50,070 bases of DNA from Anaerolineae bacterium (lineage in GTDB: Bacteria > Chloroflexota > Anaerolineae > UBA1429). Below the pieces are notes generated by a model. That model was given only the letters and a program-made list of their open reading frames with translations, had not been told where the DNA came from and made no database searches. Below are positions 20,208 through 29,079 of the stretch, in pieces; position 1 is the first letter of the stretch; each line of letters begins with the position of its first letter. The DNA lies in contig DAOTVR010000059.1 of assembly GCA_034436315.1 (NCBI GenBank), forward strand, positions 1 to 50,070. Reading direction: 5' to 3'. A program made the translations under genes and the position numbers.

Positions 20208-22541
20208 ATGAACGAAAAGCTCAAGCTGAGAGTGGAGTCGTTCGCGATTCAGGCCGGGGCGTGGAAGCGTGATCCGGCGAATATCGGTGTGCCTGATGCC
20301 TCCTTGCCCAAATCCTGGCGCGGGCGCGGTTCCCTCTATACCTTGATTGAAGTGCCGCAAGGCGTACCGGTGCCTCCGGCGCTTCTGGGCGAAGTGCTCA
20401 GGACGATCGTCAATACCTTCTACAGCACGTCGGGTAGCGTCACCAGGGGCTTGCGGTCGGCGCTTCTCGCGGCCAATGAGTTGCTCTTTGAGCGGAATCT
20501 GCGCGCCGATAGTGAGCGTCGCGTGTCTTTGGGGCTGGATTGCGTGCTGGTGCGCGATCGGGATGCTTATATCGGCCAGCTTGGCCCGGCGCTGCTGAGT
20601 TTGGTTCGTCAGGGGAGCCTTCAGCGCATCCCGGAAGATTCGGTCTGGTTGCACAGCGAGAACCCGAGTCCTTTTGACCTCAACCGCGAGCCGCCCGCCG
20701 GCCTGCGCCGCGATGTGGAGCCCAATCTATCGCACATCTCCCTGAATCCTGGCGACGTGCTGGTTCTTTCAACCACGGCGTTGGCTCGCATGGCCTCGGC
20801 AAACGAGTTGGTCAATGCGGTCACCTACAGAGGGAGCGAGTCGGTTCGGGGGAATTTGGAGGTTCTCGCTGCCGGTCGGGATTTGAGCGCGGTAGTGATC
20901 GAGTGTCTCGGCGAGCGGCAAGGCGCTGGCTTCCGGGAATCGCTCCCGGAGGGGGCGCAGGTGGCCGAAGTTAAACCCCCTGCGGCCAGGGCGAGTGAGG
21001 AGCCGCCTGTTCTGTTGGCGCCGGCAGAAGAGGCCGGCGAGCCACAGCCTTTGGTAGAGGAAGTCCCTGCGTCTGCTTCTGTGGCTTCGCAAGAACTGGC
21101 GGAGGAGGAGCGATATCGAGCGGAAGAGGAGCCCGTCTCTCTGGAAGAGGCCATTGAAGGTGAGGCGCGGAAAGCGGGCCGCCTGGCTACAAGCCTGGGA
21201 AACCTGCGCCAGGGCTCGGAGCGCATCCGGCGAAGCGCCGAGGATTTGCTTGTGCGCGTCTTGCCCGATTCACTGCCCGAGCGCCCTTCCGAGCAGCCGG
21301 AGCCGAGCCGTGCACCATCCTTGAGCGGACGGGCGCTCATCGTCGTCTCCTTGGCTATCCCGTTGGCGATGTTCTTCTTGGTCGTTATGACCCGCGTGCA
21401 ATACGAGCGCGCATTGCGCCAACAGTTCATTGACCTCCAAACGGAGGCCCAGACCCTGTATGACCAGGCCATGGCCTCCGACGACAAGACGTTACAGCGC
21501 GAGGGCCTGTATCGTGCCCTGGAGGTCATAGAGGAGGGGCTGGCTCTCAAATCTACGGATGATACCTTGCTTTCTCTGCAACGCCGGATCAATCATCAGC
21601 TGGATCAGTTGGATGTAGTCCAGCGGCTCTATCATTTCTGGCAGCTCGCCGAGCTGCCGGGGGAGGATGAGGCCGCAGCAGTGACCGACTCCTCACGGAT
21701 CGTGGTTGAGGGCATCAATGTCTTTGTGCTTCATCGGGGTAGCGATCGCGTCTATAGATTCCTGTTGAACGATGTCGGTGATGCCCTGCAACCTATAGAT
21801 AAGAACGCCGTCCTTCTGCAAAAGGGTGAGCTGCGCGGCGGCGTTCGTTTGGGGGATCTCGTGGACATCGCCTGGATGGAGGCCGGGGGGCAGCGCACAC
21901 TGAGCACCTTCGTAGCTCTTGAGCGGGGTGGCTCTCTCTTGGCTTACGATCCCCAGCAGGGCATTGACGTTTTGCCGGTTGCCAACAGCGATATCTGGCT
22001 CAAGCCGCAGGCTATCGGCGGCTACCAGGGAAACTTGTACATTTTGGACCCGCTCTTGAACCGTATCCTCAAGTTCGTGCCCACGGATAACGCTTACACG
22101 ACTCCACCCACCGACTATCTCAGCGCCCAGTTGGATGTCAACCTCATCGGCGCGGTGGATATGGCCATTGATGGAAACGTGTATGTGCTCTTTGCCGATG
22201 GGCAGATCAAAAAGTTCTTTAAGGGGGAAGCGCAGCCGTTTACGATGGCCGGCCTGCCCACCCCTATGCGTAGCCCGACGACGATCTTTGTATCCGGCCC
22301 CAAGCGGCCCGATGCCAACGGTTTCGTCTACGTAACCGACACCGGCAATGAGCGCATCCTGCAGTTTGATAAGGCGGGCAATTTCATCCGCCAGTTCCGA
22401 GCCAATCCGGGGGAGCCACAGCTGAGGAATCTCCGGGGCATCTACGTAGACGAGGATAAAGGGCGCATGTTCATCGTCAGCGGCAAAACCCTCTGGCTCT
22501 GTGACCTTCCCCGATTGGGGCAGCAACAGCCGAGTTCATGA
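20208..22541 (+). CDS. Hypothetical single-pass membrane protein with C-terminal NHL-repeat-like beta-propeller
   Basis: ATG at 20208 follows GAGAGGA. N-terminal ~240-aa globular domain, acidic E/A/P-rich linker, one TM (ALIVVSLAIPLAMFFLVVMTRV). The C-terminal repeats look NHL-like (GFVYVTDTGNERILQFDKAGNFIRQF, GNLYILDPLLNRILKF). Confidence 0.6.
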   Translation: MNEKLKLRVESFAIQAGAWKRDPANIGVPDASLPKSWRGRGSLYTLIEVPQGVPVPPALLGEVLRTIVNTFYSTSGSVTRGLRSALLAANELLFERNLRADSERRVSLGLDCVLVRDRDAYIGQLGPALLSLVRQGSLQRIPEDSVWLHSENPSPFDLNREPPAGLRRDVEPNLSHISLNPGDVLVLSTTALARMASANELVNAVTYRGSESVRGNLEVLAAGRDLSAVVIECLGERQGAGFRESLPEGAQVAEVKPPAARASEEPPVLLAPAEEAGEPQPLVEEVPASASVASQELAEEERYRAEEEPVSLEEAIEGEARKAGRLATSLGNLRQGSERIRRSAEDLLVRVLPDSLPERPSEQPEPSRAPSLSGRALIVVSLAIPLAMFFLVVMTRVQYERALRQQFIDLQTEAQTLYDQAMASDDKTLQREGLYRALEVIEEGLALKSTDDTLLSLQRRINHQLDQLDVVQRLYHFWQLAELPGEDEAAAVTDSSRIVVEGINVFVLHRGSDRVYRFLLNDVGDALQPIDKNAVLLQKGELRGGVRLGDLVDIAWMEAGGQRTLSTFVALERGGSLLAYDPQQGIDVLPVANSDIWLKPQAIGGYQGNLYILDPLLNRILKFVPTDNAYTTPPTDYLSAQLDVNLIGAVDMAIDGNVYVLFADGQIKKFFKGEAQPFTMAGLPTPMRSPTTIFVSGPKRPDANGFVYVTDTGNERILQFDKAGNFIRQFRANPGEPQLRNLRGIYVDEDKGRMFIVSGKTLWLCDLPRLGQQQPSS

Positions 22542-22542
22542 C

Positions 22543-23622
22543 ATGACGCTGATCCTGGGCATTGAGACCTCTTGCGATGAGACGGCCGCCGCTATCGTAG
22601 AAGATGGGCGATTTCTGCGTTCCAACATCGTCGCCTCGCAGGTTGAATTGCACAAACAGTACGGGGGCGTCTTCCCCGAGATGGCCTCTCGCCAGCATAT
22701 CTTGACCATCACCCCGGTGATTCGCCAAGCCATGAGCGAGGCGCAAGTGACCTGGCGAGATTTGGACGCGGTGGCGGTGATCCATGGGCCGGGGCTGGCG
22801 GGGTCCCTTTTGGTAGGGCTTAACGTGGCCAAGGCCTTGGCATTTGCCAGAGGGCTGCCTCTGGTAGGGGTTAATCACCTGGAGGCCCACGTTTATGCCA
22901 ACTGGCTTCTCCCGCCAGGACAGGATGCCGAGACGTTCGTCTTCCCTCCGTTTCCGCTGGTCTGCTTGGTGGTCTCCGGTGGGCACACGGATTTGATCCT
23001 CATGCGCGAGCATCACGATTACCAACGCTTGGGGCGCACCATTGACGATGCAGCGGGCGAAGCCTTTGATAAGGTCGCAAGGCTCCTGGGGTTGGGCTAT
23101 CCGGGTGGCCCGCGCATCCAACGGCTGGCGGAATCGGGTAACCCGAACGCCTACAACTTCCCCCGAGGGTTACCCTCAGGGACGTTGGACTTTAGCTTCA
23201 GTGGGCTGAAGACGGCAGTCTTGCGCTTGGTGCAAGAGATGCAGCGGGAGCGAGGTATCCCGGTAGAAACCAGAGGCCAAAAGTTGGCTGAGGCGACGAT
23301 CGCCGCAGACGCCGAGGCACTCCCCTTGGCGGATATCGCCGCCAGCTTTCAGGCCGCCGTAGTGGATGCTTTGGTCCAGAGGACGGTGGAAGCGGTCGCG
23401 CGGTATCAAGCTGTTTGTGTGCTTTTGGCGGGGGGTGTCGCGGCTAACAAAGCCTTGCGCGCCGCGATGAGTGAGCGTCTTTCGGTTCCTGTGCGCTATC
23501 CTCCCATCCAGTTTTGCACCGATAATGCCGCGATGGTCGGAGCCGCGGGCTATTATCGCTTCTTGGCAGGGCTACGTTCCGGTCTGGATCTGGATGTCGT
23601 CCCCAACCTCCCTTTGGTTTGA
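22543..23622 (+). CDS. tsaD: tRNA N6-adenosine threonylcarbamoyltransferase
   Basis: MTLILGIETSCDETAAAIV, HLEAH, GGHT, AGEAFDKVAR and GGVAAN are hallmarks of the Kae1/TsaD family. Confidence 0.95.
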   Translation: MTLILGIETSCDETAAAIVEDGRFLRSNIVASQVELHKQYGGVFPEMASRQHILTITPVIRQAMSEAQVTWRDLDAVAVIHGPGLAGSLLVGLNVAKALAFARGLPLVGVNHLEAHVYANWLLPPGQDAETFVFPPFPLVCLVVSGGHTDLILMREHHDYQRLGRTIDDAAGEAFDKVARLLGLGYPGGPRIQRLAESGNPNAYNFPRGLPSGTLDFSFSGLKTAVLRLVQEMQRERGIPVETRGQKLAEATIAADAEALPLADIAASFQAAVVDALVQRTVEAVARYQAVCVLLAGGVAANKALRAAMSERLSVPVRYPPIQFCTDNAAMVGAAGYYRFLAGLRSGLDLDVVPNLPLV

Positions 23623-23629
23623 GGCGGTC

Positions 23630-23938
23630 ATGCCGCGCGGGGTCTATAAGCGCGTCTATGAGATCGTTGCGCGCGTGCCTTACGGCAAAGTGGTAACCTA
23701 CGGCCAGATCGCTCGGCACTTGGGGTTGCCAAAAGGGGCGCGGCTCGTCGGCTGGGCGATGCGCCGCTGCCCCGGAGAGTTGCCCTGGCATCGCGTGGTG
23801 AACGCTCAGGGAGGCCTCAGTGCGGGCGCGCATCCGGGGCACTGCCCTTTGCAGCGCGCGCTATTGGAGGATGAGGGCGTTTCCTTTGGCCCTGATGGAC
23901 GGGTGGACCTGGCGACCTTCGGTTGGGATGAGATTTAA
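23630..23938 (+). CDS. Alkyltransferase-like (ATL) protein, MGMT-fold DNA-binding domain without the acceptor Cys
   Basis: VPYGKVVTYGQIA...PWHRVVNAQG: the MGMT active-site motif PCHRV is replaced by PWHRV. The protein has only 102 aa. The ATG lies 7 nt after the tsaD stop. Confidence 0.8.
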   Translation: MPRGVYKRVYEIVARVPYGKVVTYGQIARHLGLPKGARLVGWAMRRCPGELPWHRVVNAQGGLSAGAHPGHCPLQRALLEDEGVSFGPDGRVDLATFGWDEI

Positions 23939-23977
23939 GCCTTTGGTGGCGAGGAAGACCTTGGAGAGGCCCTAGGA

Positions 23978-25348
23978 ATGAACGATAGGCAGGAGGAATT
24001 GCGCAAGCTGCCCAGCGTTGACCGGCTCATGCAGCACCCTGATGTAGCTGTGCGCCTGGAAACCGACGGGCGTGAGGCCGTGTTGGACGCTATTCGTACT
24101 ACGCTGGAGAAAATGCGGGCGGAGATCTCGGCCGGATCGCCCTATCCTGGTGACGCCGAACTCGTGCAGCGCATACAGGCCCGGCTTGCCTCTACCATGC
24201 GACCTACGCTTCGCCCCGTGATCAACGCCACTGGCGTGATCCTTCACACCAACCTGGGCCGCGCTCCCCTCAGCGAAGAGACCCTTCAGGCGATGCGCCG
24301 CGTGGGCTTGGGCTACAGTAACCTGGAATTTGACTTGGAGGCCGGCCACCGTGGCTCGCGTTATGTTCACGCTGAAAGCCTCCTCTGTCGGTTAAGTGGC
24401 GCGGAGGCCGCTCTGCTCGTGAACAACAACGCCGGCGCCGTCCTTTTGGTCCTCTCGGCACTGGCCAGGGGGCGCGAGGTGATCATCTCCCGAGGGCAGC
24501 TTGTGGAGATCGGTGGGGGCTTTCGCATTCCCGAGGTGATGGCCCAAAGTGGGGCAACGTTGGTTGAGGTGGGCACCACCAATCGCACCTATGTGAGCGA
24601 TTATGCCGCAGCGATCACCGAACGCACGGCGGCCTTGATGCGCGTGCACTCCAGCAACTTTCGCGTCATCGGCTTTACCCATCAGCCGGGCCTAGCGGAG
24701 ATGGTCCAATTGGCGCGGGAGCGAGGGCTTTGGCTGTTTGACGATCTGGGCAGCGGTTGCCTGATGGATACGCAGCGTTTTGGCTTGGCGCACGAGCCGA
24801 CCGTCCAGGAAAGCATCGCCCAGGGGGCTGACGTGGTTACCTTCAGCGGCGACAAGCTCCTCGGCGGCCCGCAGGCGGGGATCATCGTCGGCAAGGCCGA
24901 GCTGATCGAGCGCCTGCGCCGTCATCCGCTGACTCGCGCTCTGCGGGTGGACAAGACGACCATCGCGGGCATCCAGGCCAATCTGCTCCATTATGTAAGA
25001 GGTGAAGCGCTGACCAAGATCCCCATCTGGCGCATGATCGCCATGCCTGTAGAGGAGATCACCGCACGCGCCCGTGCCCTCCTGGAGGCTCTGGGACCCT
25101 CTGGCGCTCGCTGTGAACTGATTCCGGGGCGGTCCATGATCGGGGGCGGATCGCTGCCCGAGGAGAGTTTACCGACGACGCTCATCGCTCTACCTGAGGG
25201 GGATGCCACCTCCTTAGCCGCCGCGTTGCGACTCGGCGAGCCGCCCATCGTGGCTCATATTCAGGATGGGCGCGTGGTCCTTGACCTACGTACCGTCCTG
25301 CCCGAGGAGGAGCAGGCCCTCATCGGGCGCCTGCGCGAGTTGCTCTAA
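23978..25348 (+). CDS. selA: L-seryl-tRNA(Sec) selenium transferase
   Basis: LRKLPSVDRLMQ N-terminus, INATGVILHTNLGRAPL, and the PLP-lysine motif FSGDKLLGGPQAGIIVG. Confidence 0.92.
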   Translation: MNDRQEELRKLPSVDRLMQHPDVAVRLETDGREAVLDAIRTTLEKMRAEISAGSPYPGDAELVQRIQARLASTMRPTLRPVINATGVILHTNLGRAPLSEETLQAMRRVGLGYSNLEFDLEAGHRGSRYVHAESLLCRLSGAEAALLVNNNAGAVLLVLSALARGREVIISRGQLVEIGGGFRIPEVMAQSGATLVEVGTTNRTYVSDYAAAITERTAALMRVHSSNFRVIGFTHQPGLAEMVQLARERGLWLFDDLGSGCLMDTQRFGLAHEPTVQESIAQGADVVTFSGDKLLGGPQAGIIVGKAELIERLRRHPLTRALRVDKTTIAGIQANLLHYVRGEALTKIPIWRMIAMPVEEITARARALLEALGPSGARCELIPGRSMIGGGSLPEESLPTTLIALPEGDATSLAAALRLGEPPIVAHIQDGRVVLDLRTVLPEEEQALIGRLRELL

Positions 25349-27295
25349 GCGCAGATCGTATGCGGCGACTTCGGTTGTCCCTGGGGTGATGGCCGAGATG
25401 ATCAGTAGGGCACGTTGTACCTCTGTGCCAAAACCCTGGATAAGCCACTCCCCTTGACCATCGGCGTTCACGGGCAGGCGTCTGATGGCGGGCACCTGGC
25501 CGAACTCCACGAGCTGCACGAGATAACGCTGGGGCAGGGTGTTATCGTGACGGATGAACCCACGAGCGAGCCAGCCGTTCTCCCCATCCTCAACGTCATC
25601 CCTGAAGCCGATTGCCGAAAGCTCTAGGTCGTCTAGGCAGAGGCCGGGCCCGTTCACGGCGTCGTCGGTGATGTAGTCAAAGCGCAGGAGCACTTTTCGG
25701 CCACAGTAGTCATTGAGGTTCAGCCTCTCGCGGACCCAGGCCGGCTCATGGTTGGCGGCTTCTTCCGCGGGCGCGCCGGACTTGCCCGAATAGCCGGGGC
25801 CGAGGGCATTGCCGTTGGGGTTATAGTCGGTCATGTGCTCGCCGCGCAGGAATTGCCAGCTTTTGCCGCCATCCGTTGAAACCCGCACATAGGCATAGTC
25901 CCAACCACTTTCAATGTCGTACCACAGGTTGAAAGTCAGGGTCGCCGTCTGCACGTGGGTCAGGTCAAAGCAACGCTCTAGAGAGGAGTGGCCGGAATCC
26001 CCTCGGTTGGACCACCACTGATAGCGACCACTCGCCGGCTCATTGGGGACCACCTTGACTTGGGGCGCGCCGGCGAAGACGATGCGTAAGGGGGCAGCTC
26101 GGCTTGGCCAGAGCTCAATGTAATCCGCGGCATACTGATGTACGGTGCCCTGGTAGCTGTAGGGGAAGGAGCGCACCTGATGCTGGCTTTTGACATGAAC
26201 GTCAATGCCCGCATAGCCAAAACGTCCCTCGCCGAGTTGGGGATCATCCAGGATGTTGGCGATCAGCCAATCGGCGAAAAGTTCGTTAAAGGTGACGCCG
26301 GCTTTTAACCGGGCAAGCGTGGCCTCAAAGCCGACGAGCCCGTTGGCTGGCTCGCAGATGAGCATGCGCACCGCCTCAGAGCCGAAACGCTCTAGGAAAT
26401 AGCGTAGCATCAGGTAGGATGCGCCGTAATGGGCGATGGACTCGCCCGGTTCGTCGCTCCAGGCGTTCAGTTGCACGTCGGGTTGGTTCTCAAACTCGCG
26501 CAAGGCCCCCTTTGGTCCGGCATAGCCGTTAAGGTCTTCGGCCAGCTCTGAAGCGCCCTCGCTAACCCAGGCATCCTCGTTGTTATCTTGGTGCCAGTGG
26601 ATCATATGCTGGAACTCGTGGGCCAATACGGCCTCGTATTCCGGTGTCCCCGGCTCCAGTGCCCTAAGGTTCATGACGAACATCTCCTGTTCGTTGCTGT
26701 AGGGATGTACGAGGCCGGAGTATTGGTTCACGCTGGTAAAGTAACCGGCGGCTCCGCTGAAAAGGGCGTTGAGCACTACGAGGCGCGGATCGCCGTCAAT
26801 GCCCGGCGTCCATTCCGAGCCAAAATAGCGGTGGTTGGTAGGATAAATGCGCTCCTCAAAGACCTTGGCCGAGCGCTCCAAGCCGCCCTGGTCCACGATG
26901 GCTTCCTCTTGCACCCACATCTGGAGGTGCTCCGTCTGCGCGCGGAGGGTTGCGGTGATCTGGTAATTGCGCGAGAGATCCAGATCACCAACCCAGAAAC
27001 GCCTCTGATCTCCAATGCGGGAGGCCAAAGGGGTCTGGCGGACAATGCGGGGGATGGGCTCTCCGGAGCCACGCAGACTGCTGACGAACGCCACATCATC
27101 CCGAGGGGGCATTTGGTTTTGGGCTAGGCGTTCCAACAGCTCCGGCGTGGGGCTGGGCCTAGGGGTTGAGAGAAAAAAGAGGAATCGGCGAGCCGTTGCT
27201 GTGGCGTTTGACCGGGGCCCCACGGCGCAACCGACGATCGTGCTCGCCAACAAGATCACTAGGACGACAAGAAAGCCTGCTCGCACGCGGCCCAT
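25286..27295 (-). CDS. Secreted/lipoprotein zinc metalloprotease, MA-clan gluzincin (HExxH...E)
   Basis: N-terminal signal with LLASTIVGC lipobox. VLAHEFQHMIHWHQDNNEDAWVSEGASE gives HExxH plus a downstream Glu. There is a large C-terminal beta-rich domain. The 3' end overlaps selA by 63 nt. Confidence 0.7.
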   Translation of the reverse strand: MGRVRAGFLVVLVILLASTIVGCAVGPRSNATATARRFLFFLSTPRPSPTPELLERLAQNQMPPRDDVAFVSSLRGSGEPIPRIVRQTPLASRIGDQRRFWVGDLDLSRNYQITATLRAQTEHLQMWVQEEAIVDQGGLERSAKVFEERIYPTNHRYFGSEWTPGIDGDPRLVVLNALFSGAAGYFTSVNQYSGLVHPYSNEQEMFVMNLRALEPGTPEYEAVLAHEFQHMIHWHQDNNEDAWVSEGASELAEDLNGYAGPKGALREFENQPDVQLNAWSDEPGESIAHYGASYLMLRYFLERFGSEAVRMLICEPANGLVGFEATLARLKAGVTFNELFADWLIANILDDPQLGEGRFGYAGIDVHVKSQHQVRSFPYSYQGTVHQYAADYIELWPSRAAPLRIVFAGAPQVKVVPNEPASGRYQWWSNRGDSGHSSLERCFDLTHVQTATLTFNLWYDIESGWDYAYVRVSTDGGKSWQFLRGEHMTDYNPNGNALGPGYSGKSGAPAEEAANHEPAWVRERLNLNDYCGRKVLLRFDYITDDAVNGPGLCLDDLELSAIGFRDDVEDGENGWLARGFIRHDNTLPQRYLVQLVEFGQVPAIRRLPVNADGQGEWLIQGFGTEVQRALLIISAITPGTTEVAAYDLRLEQLAQAPDEGLLLLGQDGT

Positions 27296-27787
27296 TTAGG
27301 TTTTCGTGATCTCCAACTGAGCGCCGCAATTGGGACATTTGCGCAGCGCCGTGCGCACGGGCAATTTGGTGCCACAATAGGGACAGACCTTTTCTACCAT
27401 AGAGGGGAGCAACCCCTTGAAGACATACACCGTGCGCTCCCCGCGTTGTTCGCGCGTGCAGGTGCCCTCGGCGCACAGCTTCTCCAGGGTGTTGGTGGCC
27501 AACTCCTGGGGTATGCGATACTCCGCGCGAAGTTGGGCGACGGTCAGCTCACCCCCCAGGCGGCGGGCCATCTCCACCGCGCCGGTTTTGAGCGCCTCGG
27601 GGCTGATCTCTGCCAGCCTGCGCAGGCGCCTGATCCCGCTGACGAGCAGCACCGTGGCGATCGCCAGCAACACCAGGGCGATGGGGAAACGGCTTGCTTT
27701 GGTCGTGGCGGCGATCAGGAAGAGGACCCCCACGGTGTAGAAGGGGATAGATAAGAGCACTACGATGATGGCAACGAATTTCTTCAT
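27296..27787 (-). CDS. Hypothetical 2-TM membrane protein with C-terminal zinc ribbon
   Basis: Two N-terminal TM helices, a helical middle domain, and CPYCGTKL...CPNCGAQL (CxxC-x13-CxxC). AGGAG lies 7 nt upstream of the ATG. The stop abuts the start of the next gene. Confidence 0.65.
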   Translation of the reverse strand: MKKFVAIIVVLLSIPFYTVGVLFLIAATTKASRFPIALVLLAIATVLLVSGIRRLRRLAEISPEALKTGAVEMARRLGGELTVAQLRAEYRIPQELATNTLEKLCAEGTCTREQRGERTVYVFKGLLPSMVEKVCPYCGTKLPVRTALRKCPNCGAQLEITKT

Positions 27788-27824
27788 GATGTCGCTCCTG
27801 TGACAAGTCTATCGGGTAGGCCGA

Positions 27825-29012
27825 TCAGCCCCAAGCGGCGGTAGCCTGGCTCAAGGCCTTGCCCAAGTGCTCAAAAAGGCCTTGGATGTTCGCGTCGGTT
27901 AGGCGGCCCTTGACATATTGGCTCACGATCTGGCTGAACTCCAGGGGATGTCTGCCCATCTGTTTCTCGTCTTTGACCTTGGCTTGTAGTTCCTTCCAGG
28001 TCTCGTTCAGCGTTACCGCCCACTGTGACACAGGAACCTGTACCTCCTTGAGGTTGTAGCGTCGCTGCTCCTGAAGGACGGTGGCCACGCTTTGCTGGAA
28101 GCGTTTCAGCCCCTCTCCCACACCCTTGGTCAGGCCAAGGATTTCGGCCACGGCACGCAGGCCCTCTTCGTAGGCGCGGCGCACCTGATTGCGCTGCGCG
28201 AGGTCCCTGAGCGCCTCTCCCAGCTCGCCGGGAATATCCGGAGGCTCGTTCAAGTTCTCCAATACTTTCTGTAAGGCTCCCTGCTCGGCGAGGGCTTCCA
28301 AGTTCGTCTGCAAATAGGCACGGCGGCTCTCGGCCTCGGCGACACGTACCCCGAGTTGTTCCCATTGCTGGCGTAACTCGGCCTGTTTCTCGCCCGCTTT
28401 CTGCACAGTGTCCAGCCATTCCTGGCGCACCTGGCGAAGCTGCATCAGCGCCTTGGCTTGTTCCTCTTTGGCCTGGCGCTGCGCTCGCTTGAGCTTGCTG
28501 ATCCGCCCGGCGTGAATGAGCCAACCCAAGGGGAAGGTGTCCAGCTTCTCCAGTTCCTCAAAAGCCTCGGCGTACTGATCCTCTAGTTTGGCTATCAAGG
28601 CCTTGAGTGCTTCCTCGCGCTGGTCAAACTGGGGATTGGCCCGGCGCAAATCGCCGGTTGTGGCCTTTGCCTGGGCCAAAAGCTCGTCCATCTTGGCCCG
28701 TGACTCGCGGATCTCTTTCTCCAAGCCGGCGATCTCTGCTTGCAGGCGCGCGCGCTCCTCGGCCTCAGCGCGATCGATCAGCTGGGCGAAGGCCGGTGGC
28801 AACTCGCGGCGTCGTGCTGCCACACGGGGATAACAAAAGGCAAGCTTCTCTTTCCAAGCCTCCAGCTCGCGCTTAAAGATATCGTTAAACTGAAATTGGA
28901 CCTCTTCAATCTCCTTATAGCAGGTCTCCAACTCGCGCCGTTTGTCATCCAGGTAGCGGTGGAACTCGGCCAGAGTCATCCGATAGACGCGTTCTGCGCC
29001 CTTGCCAGCCAT
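27825..29012 (-). CDS. Hypothetical coiled-coil protein
   Basis: 395 aa, E/K/R/Q/L/A-rich with long heptad-like stretches. A strong GGAGGG lies 6 nt upstream of the ATG. No recognisable enzymatic motif. Confidence 0.65.
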   Translation of the reverse strand: MAGKGAERVYRMTLAEFHRYLDDKRRELETCYKEIEEVQFQFNDIFKRELEAWKEKLAFCYPRVAARRRELPPAFAQLIDRAEAEERARLQAEIAGLEKEIRESRAKMDELLAQAKATTGDLRRANPQFDQREEALKALIAKLEDQYAEAFEELEKLDTFPLGWLIHAGRISKLKRAQRQAKEEQAKALMQLRQVRQEWLDTVQKAGEKQAELRQQWEQLGVRVAEAESRRAYLQTNLEALAEQGALQKVLENLNEPPDIPGELGEALRDLAQRNQVRRAYEEGLRAVAEILGLTKGVGEGLKRFQQSVATVLQEQRRYNLKEVQVPVSQWAVTLNETWKELQAKVKDEKQMGRHPLEFSQIVSQYVKGRLTDANIQGLFEHLGKALSQATAAWG

Positions 29013-29079
29013 GTCATCCCTCCATCATTTGGCGAGCTGCGACGTTCGGTTGTGAACGGATCGTTCCTCCCTTTACGGC

